Source: a virus (lineage: Duplodnaviria; Heunggongvirae; Uroviricota; Caudoviricetes). From it: a stretch of DNA of 30,945 nt. Positions 10,328-18,658 of this stretch are shown in pieces. Position 1 is the first letter of the stretch; every line of letters begins with the position of its first letter. A program made the translations under genes and the position numbers. The DNA lies in the IMG/VR virus record IMGVR_UViG_2802429246_000009, one strand, 5' to 3'. Under the pieces are notes generated by a model that was given only the letters and a program-made list of their open reading frames with translations, did no database searches and had not been told where the DNA came from.

Positions 10328-11228
10328 CCGAGCCTCCGGTCACGACGCGGTATTCGGTACAGAAAGACGCCTGCGTATTGTTGAGCACGATGTCGGCCAG
10401 CGGTGCAGCCAGTTCGACACGCTGCACGCCTTCCACATGCAAAGCGGCATAAATGGCAGACAGACGGATGTCACGCCCCAGCCGGTGCTGTGCCGTGATA
10501 TACGCTTCCAGTTTTTTCACGGCGGCAGCGCGGATGGGTTCGCTTTCGGGACCAGGGTAAAGGTAAAGCGTGGCGTTTATCTGGTATTCAACGATGGCGG
10601 CAGACTGCACGGTCACGCGGTCGGCCACCGGCCTGACGTCCTCGCCATTAAGGGCGTTACGCACCACAGCCAGCAGGTCTTCGGATGCGACGCCGTTATT
10701 TTCACGTGACAGCACAGAGATGGTGACACAGGCCGGAGACGGACTGGTGACAGAGATATCCGCGACACGCCCGTCCGCACTGCGACCATGATACTGATAG
10801 GCACCTACCGACCCGGCGACGCTTAAACCTTCAAACGCCTGCTGAATACGCAGACGATAATCGGTGTCAGATTCCATCACTGCCGGTGTCGGCGGGATGG
10901 TCGAATCATCTGCCGGGGTGATAATCAGGCGCGTGGTGTTGTAATTGGCACCAATCACATCAAGGTCATTACCGGTGGCACAGGCCAGCATCACCGCCCG
11001 TGCGGCCTCATTCACACGCTGACGCCAGATAAGCTCACGATAAGCATTTTCCTCCAGCAGTTTGACGAGAGGCTCGGATTCCAGCGTCAGGGTACGGGCG
11101 ACCGCCTCCTGCTGATCTTCCGGGTAAAGGGAAATCAGTGTCGCCTTGCGTTCGGCGAGAATGGTTTCAAAGTCCAGCTCCTCGACCACATCCGGTGCGG
11201 GTAGCTGGTTCAGGTCGATAATCGGCAT
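10320..11228 (-). CDS. J: baseplate assembly protein gpJ
   Basis: 302 aa, between W and I as in P2. Confidence 0.88.
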   Translation of the reverse strand: MPIIDLNQLPAPDVVEELDFETILAERKATLISLYPEDQQEAVARTLTLESEPLVKLLEENAYRELIWRQRVNEAARAVMLACATGNDLDVIGANYNTTRLIITPADDSTIPPTPAVMESDTDYRLRIQQAFEGLSVAGSVGAYQYHGRSADGRVADISVTSPSPACVTISVLSRENNGVASEDLLAVVRNALNGEDVRPVADRVTVQSAAIVEYQINATLYLYPGPESEPIRAAAVKKLEAYITAQHRLGRDIRLSAIYAALHVEGVQRVELAAPLADIVLNNTQASFCTEYRVVTGGSDE

Positions 11229-11232
11229 GGTT

Positions 11233-11580
11233 TCAACTCACAGGGATGGTTAACGAAAGTGGCTGACCGGTGTCGTTGTGCTGACCGGTTAACGTGACCG
11301 TCATTCGCCCGTCAAAACTGCGCGCCGTGGTGACGGATGACAGGGTGACGCGGGGTTCCCATTTCAGCACTGCCATGTAACAGGCGACCTTAATCTGCAA
11401 CTCAAGCGCCGGGGTCTGCGGCTGGTCAATCATTGACGCCAGCAACGAGCCGTAATCACGACGCATCACCCGTGAGCCGACCGGCGTGCGCAGGATATCG
11501 CCGATACTCTGGCTGATATGTTCAAGGTCAGTGACAGTCAGGCCATCACTGCGATTCATTCCGAGATAACGCGCTGTCAT
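11233..11580 (-). CDS. W: baseplate protein gpW
   Basis: 115 aa, between V and J as in P2. Confidence 0.88.
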   Translation of the reverse strand: MTARYLGMNRSDGLTVTDLEHISQSIGDILRTPVGSRVMRRDYGSLLASMIDQPQTPALELQIKVACYMAVLKWEPRVTLSSVTTARSFDGRMTVTLTGQHNDTGQPLSLTIPVS

Positions 11581-12218
11581 TTTGTCCCCTGCGTCCAGTT
11601 GTCTCCTGACTTAACACCACCGTGACCGTGGTCATCCACCTGAACGCCGTTAGACGTGAATTTCCCGTCGGTATGCTCGATGTTGCCGTGCATCTTTCCG
11701 CCCTTCTGCACTTCCAGCGTGCCGGTAGTCAGTTTGTTAGTGCAGACCACTTCCGGTGTGTCCAGGGTGATGCGGGTTGACGCTTTCACCATGACCACCG
11801 GCACCGTGGCAGTAACAGAATCAGAAGCCGTCACGCTGGCCGTTTTAATTCCGCTTACCGTGAGTGCACTGGTTTCGGGTTCATACTCAATCACCGCCCC
11901 GTCAGGGAAACGGATATGCAGGGCATCCGCCGACGCAGACGGCGCAGGGTTATCGCTGGAATAAATCCCCGGCAGAACAAACGCCGTGTCAAGTTCACCG
12001 CCCACGGCCAGAATCAGCACCTGTTCCCCCACGGAAGGTGCCCACCATGTGCGCGAACGCCCGGCACGATGAGTCAGCCACTGCAGCCAGTCGGTGCACA
12101 TGCCGCCGGTCTGCACACGGCAGCGACCGGCGTTAAGGTCGGTTTCGACGATAACGCCGGTGCGGATCATGTTGCGCAGTGCGCGCGCGAGTTCCTGAAT
12201 ATTTGCGAGAGTGTTCAT
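11577..12218 (-). CDS. V: baseplate spike/assembly protein gpV
   Basis: 213 aa, first gene of the V-G operon; N-terminus MNTLANIQELARALRNMIRTG; start overlaps W by ATGA. Confidence 0.88.
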   Translation of the reverse strand: MNTLANIQELARALRNMIRTGVIVETDLNAGRCRVQTGGMCTDWLQWLTHRAGRSRTWWAPSVGEQVLILAVGGELDTAFVLPGIYSSDNPAPSASADALHIRFPDGAVIEYEPETSALTVSGIKTASVTASDSVTATVPVVMVKASTRITLDTPEVVCTNKLTTGTLEVQKGGKMHGNIEHTDGKFTSNGVQVDDHGHGGVKSGDNWTQGTK

Positions 12219-12229
12219 AACGAGAAGGA

Positions 12230-12253
12230 TGCCGCCGGGTCATACCGGCGGCA
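12230..12253 (-). terminator. stable hairpin in S-V intergenic region (candidate terminator/attenuator at end of the O-S late operon)
   Basis: Perfect 9-bp inverted repeat tgccgccgg / ccggcggca with a 6-nt loop; followed on the minus strand by a C/T-rich tract rather than a clean U-run, so efficiency is uncertain. Confidence 0.35.
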
Positions 12254-12284
12254 ATGTGACGATGAGGTGTCGGGAATGGCACAA

Positions 12285-12737
12285 CTAACGGTCGAGATGA
12301 GCCAGGATAATCTCTTCAATCATCTGCACATCCTCACCGGTAAAGCCGAGCAGAGGACGCGCCGGATAATCAATTTTCTTACCGTCTTTCCGGGTTTCTT
12401 CCGACAGACCGAACTGATGCACACTGGCGATTTTCGGTGACTTTCCGCCGTAAAACTCCATTGATGCCTGTTCCGGGCTGGCGCGGATATGCAAAAAACG
12501 ACTGGTGATAAGTTTCGCAAACATTTTTCGCTTAACACGACCGGTCTTTTTTCTGGCGCTCTGCTGCTGGCGTGGCGCGTAGGGTGTGCCGTCCGGGGCT
12601 TTCTGTGCCATCACCCGACGCTGCTGACTCTGCCGCAGACGCTTCGCCAGTTCGGCACTCAGCCGCCGACGCCCTGACGGTGACAGCGACTCAATAAGTC
12701 CGGTCAGCCGGTCTTCAAAACGCTTAAACTCATTCAT
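12285..12737 (-). CDS. S: tail completion protein gpS
   Basis: 150 aa, position and length as P2 S. Confidence 0.88.
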   Translation of the reverse strand: MNEFKRFEDRLTGLIESLSPSGRRRLSAELAKRLRQSQQRRVMAQKAPDGTPYAPRQQQSARKKTGRVKRKMFAKLITSRFLHIRASPEQASMEFYGGKSPKIASVHQFGLSEETRKDGKKIDYPARPLLGFTGEDVQMIEEIILAHLDR

Positions 12738-13197
12738 CCCACTTGCTCACCAGTTCGCCATTGATATACAGCTCCATCGGGCGGGTGACCGGCTCCGGCG
12801 GCGGAGGTTCCGGGATATTCTTCACATGCAGCGCACCGTCAACCTCACTGACCAGCGTGCGCTCGGTCAGCATCAGGCTGATACTGATATCAAAGCTGCT
12901 GTCATTGTTGATGTCTGCATAAAATGTGAAGCCTTTTTTCTGGCCTTCGTCAGTGGTCATGATGTCGGGCTGATTTTCCCGCAGCCACGCCAGCACCGGC
13001 ACGATGAGCAGGTCAAAATCACCGGTAAAGTCGGTCACAATCACATTGAGCGTGTAACGCTTTTCGAATGACAACGACGCCGCCAGTGTGGAGGCAATAC
13101 TCCCGTTATCCACGAATATCCGCAGCATATCGGGGTTAGTTTTCAGCACCGTGACGGCATCAGTCAGCGCCCTGCGCAGGCTGTCGGGTTTGAGCAT
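12730..13197 (-). CDS. R: tail completion protein gpR
   Basis: 155 aa, position and length as P2 R. Confidence 0.88.
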   Translation of the reverse strand: MLKPDSLRRALTDAVTVLKTNPDMLRIFVDNGSIASTLAASLSFEKRYTLNVIVTDFTGDFDLLIVPVLAWLRENQPDIMTTDEGQKKGFTFYADINNDSSFDISISLMLTERTLVSEVDGALHVKNIPEPPPPEPVTRPMELYINGELVSKWDE

Positions 13198-13450
13198 CGT
13201 TTTCGTCCTGGCAGTGTTTAATCATTTTTACCTGGCTGGCACAGCGTGCCAGCGCGTTCTCAAGCTGCCGGATATCGGCACTTAAATCGCCGTTCGTCTG
13301 CGGGTCACTGCCCGGCATCGGGCAAAGGCTCACTTTCGGGCAGGCGTTGTGGACAATCACTGGCGTCGGCGCAGGCCGGGCGCTGGTGCAACCGACGCAC
13401 AGCATCAGGCAGGTCAGCACCGTACCAGCGGCGAAAATCTTCGTTTTCAT
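13160..13450 (-). CDS. lysC: LysC, outer-membrane lipoprotein spanin (o-spanin)
   Basis: 96 aa; N-terminal signal-like segment with lipobox-like LCVGC then a Pro-rich region; reading frame overlaps the 3' half of lysB, the usual spanin arrangement. Confidence 0.78.
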   Translation of the reverse strand: MKTKIFAAGTVLTCLMLCVGCTSARPAPTPVIVHNACPKVSLCPMPGSDPQTNGDLSADIRQLENALARCASQVKMIKHCQDENDAQTRQPAQGAD

Positions 13451-13730
13451 TCAGTAACCTCGTGATGGTTTTCTCGCGCTGTGCTTCACGCTTCGCGGCG
13501 TTCTCCAGTTCCTGACGCAGTGCCACCTGCGCCAGCTCGTTTTTATCTGCTCTGGTGATGGCAACATGAAGCTGATTTTTCAGCATGGTGATGGTCGTCT
13601 GCTGTTCACTGGCGACGTTATTCGCCCTGTCCAGCGAGGTGCGCAGGCTGGCGTTTTCATGCTTCGCCAGAAACAGACCGACCACCGCCAGTGATAACAA
13701 CACAACCAGCACAATCATCAGCTTTGACAT
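13305..13730 (-). CDS. lysB: LysB, inner-membrane spanin (i-spanin)
   Basis: 141 aa; N-terminal transmembrane helix (LMIVLVVLLSLAVVGLFLA) followed by a coiled-coil-like region. Confidence 0.82.
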   Translation of the reverse strand: MSKLMIVLVVLLSLAVVGLFLAKHENASLRTSLDRANNVASEQQTTITMLKNQLHVAITRADKNELAQVALRQELENAAKREAQREKTITRLLNENEDFRRWYGADLPDAVRRLHQRPACADASDCPQRLPESEPLPDAGQ

Positions 13731-14143
13731 GGTTCCCGCCCCTCAAAACGCTGACGGCAGGCCGTACGTATCAGCCGGAAGAACACCGATACCACGAGAT
13801 AAATCAGCGCGGTAAAAATCCACCCGGCAGCGACCAGCGAGATAAACGTCGCCACCATCACTACCAGAGCCACCGCCCGTCTGCACCACGGCACCGGCTG
13901 CAAAAACAGCGACGTGACAATCTTCACGGCCAGCGATTCCGGCGGCAGCTCCCGCCCGTAGCGTTCCAGCACATACTCAGTGGCATACACGCCGACACCA
14001 CCGGCAACCATACAGATAACCGTCGCCAGAATCGCCCAGGCGGCGACAAAACTGACGGCCACGCTCTGCGGGTAAATCAGGGACAGTGCCAGCATCAGCG
14101 CCAGCGACACGTTCAGCATCAGTGAAAGGGATAATTTCTTCAT
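13718..14143 (-). CDS. lysA: LysA, membrane protein of the lysis cassette (antiholin-like)
   Basis: 141 aa with several predicted transmembrane segments; immediately downstream of the endolysin gene as in P2. Confidence 0.8.
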   Translation of the reverse strand: MKKLSLSLMLNVSLALMLALSLIYPQSVAVSFVAAWAILATVICMVAGGVGVYATEYVLERYGRELPPESLAVKIVTSLFLQPVPWCRRAVALVVMVATFISLVAAGWIFTALIYLVVSVFFRLIRTACRQRFEGREPCQS

Positions 14144-14157
14144 GGTGTTTACTCCGT

Positions 14158-14655
14158 TTAAGCCGGTACGCCGCCAGCGGTACGCCAGACGGTGACCAGT
14201 TTTTCCAGTGAATGCTCACGCTGACCGTAACCGGCACCCGGCAGGGACGCCCAGATATTGCGACAGCGTGAAATGGCGCGCTCAATGCGTCCCGCCCGGA
14301 TGTCATCCAGTGCACCGCGTTCGCGGATCAACTGAATGGCGAGTCTGTCCTGTGACAACGGACTGAAATCCGGCAGGGCAAGCTGTTTGCGGTAGTGCGG
14401 CCAGAACAGGTAAAGCTGCTGATAGCGACCGGAGGCCGTGGACTTTTCACCGCGACGGTTAAACACCTTCGCCGGTCGGCCATGCGCGAACGGGTGGTCA
14501 CTGTAGTCGGTGAAAATTTCCGGCTTCCCGTCCAGTCCGGTGACTATCACGTCATAGCCCCGGTTTTTCGTCAGCGGATGGTTCGCCGTCCCTTCGGACA
14601 CGGCCAGCATGTCGAGAAAGGCGGCGATATTCTGATGCGTGTTAATTACCGGCAT
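14158..14655 (-). CDS. K: endolysin gpK (lambda R-like lytic transglycosylase)
   Basis: 165 aa; FLDMLAVSEGT...GYDVIV...FTDYSDHP...SLPGAGYGQ motifs closely resemble lambda R as I recall it. Confidence 0.9.
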   Translation of the reverse strand: MPVINTHQNIAAFLDMLAVSEGTANHPLTKNRGYDVIVTGLDGKPEIFTDYSDHPFAHGRPAKVFNRRGEKSTASGRYQQLYLFWPHYRKQLALPDFSPLSQDRLAIQLIRERGALDDIRAGRIERAISRCRNIWASLPGAGYGQREHSLEKLVTVWRTAGGVPA

Positions 14656-14936
14656 TACTGTTTCCCCCTGCCCTTAAAGCGGCGCTGAATGGCAATCTCA
14701 ATCACCTGATAACCGGCGATACCCAGCATGGAGCCGATGCCGCACACCGCAGGGAGTGACAGGTCAGGAAACTGCACCAGAACAACACCGGCAACCATCG
14801 AGACAAAACCACCGAGCAACATGCGCCCGATAAACAGACGCGGGGTGATGGGTTCACCACCGGCAAGCACCTTGCCGACAACAATCAGCACCCCAATCAT
14901 GAAAAGCGACAGGACGCTTTTTTCTTCTGCTGTCAT
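14655..14936 (-). CDS. Y: holin gpY
   Basis: 93 aa with transmembrane helices, immediately upstream of the endolysin. Confidence 0.85.
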   Translation of the reverse strand: MTAEEKSVLSLFMIGVLIVVGKVLAGGEPITPRLFIGRMLLGGFVSMVAGVVLVQFPDLSLPAVCGIGSMLGIAGYQVIEIAIQRRFKGRGKQ

Positions 14937-14939
14937 GCG

Positions 14940-15143
14940 TTACTCCCACAGATTGACAGTTTCAGCCACGGGCGCGGTCTGAACGTCGGGCAGTTCGACG
15001 GCGGTGCCGTGTGGCAGCACCGCCCCCAGTTCAGCCAGTCCCGGATTTGCGGCGAGCACGGCCTCGACCACGCCCTCAGTGCGCCCGTAATAGCGGACAC
15101 AAATGGCGTCGAGCGTGTCGCCCTGTAGCGCAAAGGTCTTCAT
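14940..15143 (-). CDS. X: tail protein gpX
   Basis: 67-aa product from ATG at 15143 (MKTFALQGDTLDAICVRYYGRTEG...) matching my recollection of P2 X; start overlaps the L stop (ATGA). Confidence 0.8.
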   Translation of the reverse strand: MKTFALQGDTLDAICVRYYGRTEGVVEAVLAANPGLAELGAVLPHGTAVELPDVQTAPVAETVNLWE

Positions 15144-15652
15144 CAGATTTGACTCACGATGCAGCGCGGCTTGTCCTGGATGCGCGCCACCGCCCAGCGC
15201 ATATCCCGCCACAGCTCATCAATGGTGCTGTCAATGCTGTCGGCCTTCTTGTCGCCTTTCGCACTGGCATCCACGCCGCGATAACGCTCATAAAGCGATG
15301 CGGTCGCCATCGCACACACGGCGCGCTCGTAGTAAAAAACTTTGATGCTTTCACCGTCGATGTCGTCCGCCGGAACGTCCGCCAGACGCGTAAAACCGGC
15401 GGCAATTTTCTGTTCGCGGTACTCGTACAGCTCCGCATTCGTTTCAGCCATGCCTGACTTGATGGCCTCACGCAGACGGGCAGGGGCGACGGTCTGCTCA
15501 AGGCGCATACGTTCCCGGACGCGCTTCGGGTCGATATCGGGAAAAAAGAACGTGTTTTTAATCACCGGCTCGTCGCCTGCCGGTTGCGGGATGACCACCG
15601 TACCCTCACCGGATACGGGAGCCTCCTTTCGCGGAATAATCAGCGTCATCAT
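15143..15652 (-). CDS. L: capsid completion protein gpL
   Basis: 169-aa product from ATG at 15652 (MMTLIIPRKEAPVSGEGT...) with a GAGGT RBS 6 nt upstream; matches my recollection of P2 L. The longer ORF to 15712 has no such RBS. Confidence 0.85.
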   Translation of the reverse strand: MMTLIIPRKEAPVSGEGTVVIPQPAGDEPVIKNTFFFPDIDPKRVRERMRLEQTVAPARLREAIKSGMAETNAELYEYREQKIAAGFTRLADVPADDIDGESIKVFYYERAVCAMATASLYERYRGVDASAKGDKKADSIDSTIDELWRDMRWAVARIQDKPRCIVSQI

Positions 15653-15751
15653 GACTACCTCTGAAAAGTCGGGCGGTGGACGCCGGTGCAGTGTCAGGTG
15701 ATTCACCCTCAATGACCGGCGTGCCGCCCTGGCGCGGGGCGCATTCGGTTG

Positions 15752-16495
15752 TTAACTGGCTTTCTTTTTCGGGCGTCCACGTTTTGCCGGTGTCACGCTC
15801 CGGGTCTTACGTGGGGCGCGGGTGGCCGCTTTGGGCTGCGGCTCCGGCTTCGGTTTCAGCTCCCGCTCCAGTCGTTCAATCTCTTTTTTGACGCCTGCCT
15901 GACAGTCGAGCTGTGTCGCACGTTGCAGGTGAGCCAGCGCACCGGCGGCATCACCAGCGTCACGCAGAAACAGACCGGTGATTTTGTGCAGCTTTGCGCG
16001 CACTTCATCAGGCATGTCAGCCGTGGCGGTCAGTTCAAGGGTCTCCGTCAGCAGGCGGGGATCCACAGACTCACCGGCAGCGTGAGCGCGCATGGCCGCA
16101 AGCGCCACCTCCTCGGTGAACATGTACGGCGGGGTGCGGCGGTGTTTACCCGGCATGGTCAGACCGTACTTCAGGGCATAACGGGCAATCTCCAGCGCAC
16201 CGGCAATATCGCCGGTATCCAGACGCCACAGCATGACCGTCATCAGAATGTCATCCTGTGCACCTTTGCCCTGCTCCAGCACGCCGTTCACCCACGGCAA
16301 CCAGAACGGCAGCAGTTCGCGCTTTTTCGCGGCCTTCAGCTCTTTTGAATAAATCGCTTTCAGTGTGCGCTGGTCTGCGGCCAGCTTGACCAGCATCTGC
16401 TCATAGACAGTTGCATGTCGCAGCGGGGCGGCTTCCCGCTGCGCGGTCATCGCTGCCGAGACCCGCATCATGTGGCGCTGTGCGGGACTCGTCAT
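15752..16495 (-). CDS. M: terminase endonuclease/small subunit gpM
   Basis: 247 aa, position and length as P2 M; basic C-terminal tail. Confidence 0.88.
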   Translation of the reverse strand: MTSPAQRHMMRVSAAMTAQREAAPLRHATVYEQMLVKLAADQRTLKAIYSKELKAAKKRELLPFWLPWVNGVLEQGKGAQDDILMTVMLWRLDTGDIAGALEIARYALKYGLTMPGKHRRTPPYMFTEEVALAAMRAHAAGESVDPRLLTETLELTATADMPDEVRAKLHKITGLFLRDAGDAAGALAHLQRATQLDCQAGVKKEIERLERELKPKPEPQPKAATRAPRKTRSVTPAKRGRPKKKAS

Positions 16496-16498
16496 CGG

Positions 16499-17572
16499 TT
16501 ACGCTCCCGGCTCTGCGGTCGCCTTAGCCGGTGTGGAGAAATCACCGACCTTAATTTTTTCCACCAGACAACCGGCGGCGTAGTCTTCCACCACGTAATC
16601 AATGTTCATTGACTCGTAGTTCTCCACGCGGTCGAGTTTCGGGTTTTCCTCAATCACGCGACGATGGCTGTCATCCATGTAGTAGATGGACAGGTTTTCC
16701 AGCTTCGTGATGAGCATCGCATCCGCCGGGAAGTACGGGACGCGTACCGCCGGCAGGTTACCGATGCGTTTCTGGCTGATGATGACGTCAGCGGCCAGCA
16801 TTTCGCTGTTGTCCTGCTCTTTGTTAACGATGGGAAAATACTTGTCCGCCAGTAGCTGACGCCCCACAATCACCACAAGGTCAGGGTCTTCCTGATACCA
16901 CGGCTCAATCAGGTTGTTGGTCGCATCCATCACCAGTGCATCGAGGCTGGCATAATCACCGCCCTTACCCACGCGGATGACTTCAGAGGTGGTGCGGCCT
17001 TCCTCGTCAGTGACCTTGCTCATCACGCGCGCCGGGGCTTCATTGCGGTATTTCTGCAGCCAGCCGACCGCCACATCCTGCAACATCGGATTACTGTTGC
17101 GGTCAGAGGTTTCGGCACGCTTCACGCCGTTAAAACCGGCCATGATGAAATCAAGGGACTGGCGTTTGATAATGGCGTTACGGATACGGAGCTGGAAATC
17201 CTGATAACGCGCCCACAGGTCCAGCGTTTTGTAGCGGATATAAAAATCGAAGTTAATCTGGTCGCATTCGTACTTGTTTGACGCCAGCTTCGAGAAGTCC
17301 TTCGGCTGACGCTCGGTGCCACCGGCGGTGTCGGTGGTGCTGGCGATGGAGCCGGTGACACCGATGCCAATTTTTTCCCCTTTCATTTCGCTGACCGGCA
17401 CAATGTTGATGCGGGTCAGAAAGTCAGAGGACTCCTGCATGGTGTTCATCAGGGTCTGGGTGACCGACGGTTCAACGGTGAATTTTTTCGACACATCACC
17501 GGCGTCGATGCCGTTCAGTTCGGCAACACGGGACAGGTAGGCATTAAATTTAAAGCGGGTTTCCTGGCGCAT
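16499..17572 (-). CDS. N: major capsid protein gpN
   Basis: 357 aa, position and length as P2 N. Confidence 0.9.
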   Translation of the reverse strand: MRQETRFKFNAYLSRVAELNGIDAGDVSKKFTVEPSVTQTLMNTMQESSDFLTRINIVPVSEMKGEKIGIGVTGSIASTTDTAGGTERQPKDFSKLASNKYECDQINFDFYIRYKTLDLWARYQDFQLRIRNAIIKRQSLDFIMAGFNGVKRAETSDRNSNPMLQDVAVGWLQKYRNEAPARVMSKVTDEEGRTTSEVIRVGKGGDYASLDALVMDATNNLIEPWYQEDPDLVVIVGRQLLADKYFPIVNKEQDNSEMLAADVIISQKRIGNLPAVRVPYFPADAMLITKLENLSIYYMDDSHRRVIEENPKLDRVENYESMNIDYVVEDYAAGCLVEKIKVGDFSTPAKATAEPGA

Positions 17573-17630
17573 AGTTTTTCCTGAAATTAAGGGTTAATCG
17601 TGAAGGTTTTCCCGGACTGACTGACGCCGG

Positions 17631-18485
17631 TCAGCAGTTCGTCATCAGGGCGTCACCGCCACCGCCGGTGGCCTTGCTGCGGCGCTGCTGGGTCAGACTT
17701 TCGGTGTGGTCGAGACTGTTTTTCAGGCGGGTGAATGCCTGGCTGGTTTCATCCGCCCTGTCAGTCACATCCTGCTTAAGTGCGGAAAAGGCGTTTTCCA
17801 TCTCAGCGAGGCGCTGCTCAGTGGCGCTCAGTTTTTCCTGCACATGCTCAGCGACAGCGGTCACCGCTTCATGCACGTCATTCAGACGGGCGTCATCGCT
17901 GGCCTGTTTGCGGCCAAAAATGGATTTCACCTTTTCGGTCAGGGCGGTGAACACGGTTTCAGGCAGGTCTTCAAATTCCAGCTCAACAGGCGTTGCCACT
18001 GAAATCAGGTTTTCAGGGCTTAATTTGAAGCGGTTCAGAGGGTTGTGTTTTGCCGTGCGGCAGAATTCCAGGTATTCCGTGCCGAGGCTTGCCGGGTCAT
18101 CGGTGACGGCCAGACCCACCAGATAACATTTGCCTGTATTGGCAAAGTTCGGCTGAATTTCCATTGAGGTATAGACCTTCTGCGCGGCCTTGTTCATCGC
18201 GATAAGGTCATCGGTCGGGGTGATTTTCGCAAACAGCGCCCATTTGCCTTTCAGCGCCGAATCATCGTCAATCTTTTCGGCCTTCAGTTCGACCACATCG
18301 CCATAACGCTTAAAAATACCGTCAGGCAGGATGCCGCGCAGATGTTCCAGGTTAATGCGGCAACCATAGACACGCGGGTCAAAGGTTTCGGCCATTTCCT
18401 GAATATCCTGCGCACTGATGACACGCCCGTCACAGGTGTCACCCTCAACGCCGATACGAAAGAATTTTGAGACTTTTTTTGCCAT
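17631..18485 (-). CDS. O: capsid scaffold protein gpO
   Basis: 284-aa product from ATG at 18485 (MAKKVSKFFRIGVEGDT...); length matches P2 O; the ORF-track extension to 18551 is probably untranslated. Confidence 0.85.
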   Translation of the reverse strand: MAKKVSKFFRIGVEGDTCDGRVISAQDIQEMAETFDPRVYGCRINLEHLRGILPDGIFKRYGDVVELKAEKIDDDSALKGKWALFAKITPTDDLIAMNKAAQKVYTSMEIQPNFANTGKCYLVGLAVTDDPASLGTEYLEFCRTAKHNPLNRFKLSPENLISVATPVELEFEDLPETVFTALTEKVKSIFGRKQASDDARLNDVHEAVTAVAEHVQEKLSATEQRLAEMENAFSALKQDVTDRADETSQAFTRLKNSLDHTESLTQQRRSKATGGGGDALMTNC

Positions 18486-18658
18486 TGTCAGGAGTCCTGA
18501 ATAGTGATTAGAGGAGTCACATGTCGGCATCAGTTTCCCGACGATGCGCATCCTCCGCCATCAGTCCCGGATGGCTTATCACTGACACAACAGCACCTTA
18601 GCGAATCGCGGGGCGCGACTCAGTAGCCTTGCCGTGTATTCATCACGGCGAGGTATTC
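18486..18658. promoter_or_regulatory. divergent late promoter region between O and P (expected PO/PP)
   Basis: 173-bp gap between the divergently transcribed O and P genes, where P2 carries its Ogr-dependent late promoters; promoter elements not mapped. Confidence 0.5.

Noticed and set aside
15653-15751. 100-bp gap between M and L as a possible insertion or regulatory element
   Set aside because: No clear hairpin, repeat or promoter; most likely an ordinary intergenic spacer. The ORF-track extension of L into this gap lacks an RBS.
15749-16348. 199-aa plus-strand ORF antisense to gene M, plus similar ORFs antisense to L, N, O, P and Q
   Set aside because: Shadow ORFs in the opposite strand of conserved late genes; no independent evidence.
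18486-18658. Search for an exact TGT-N12-ACA late-promoter dyad in the O/P, S/V and FI upstream regions
   Set aside because: No exact match found by eye (closest was TGT-N12-ACC upstream of V); my recollection of the consensus may be imperfect, so no late promoter is called at nucleotide resolution.
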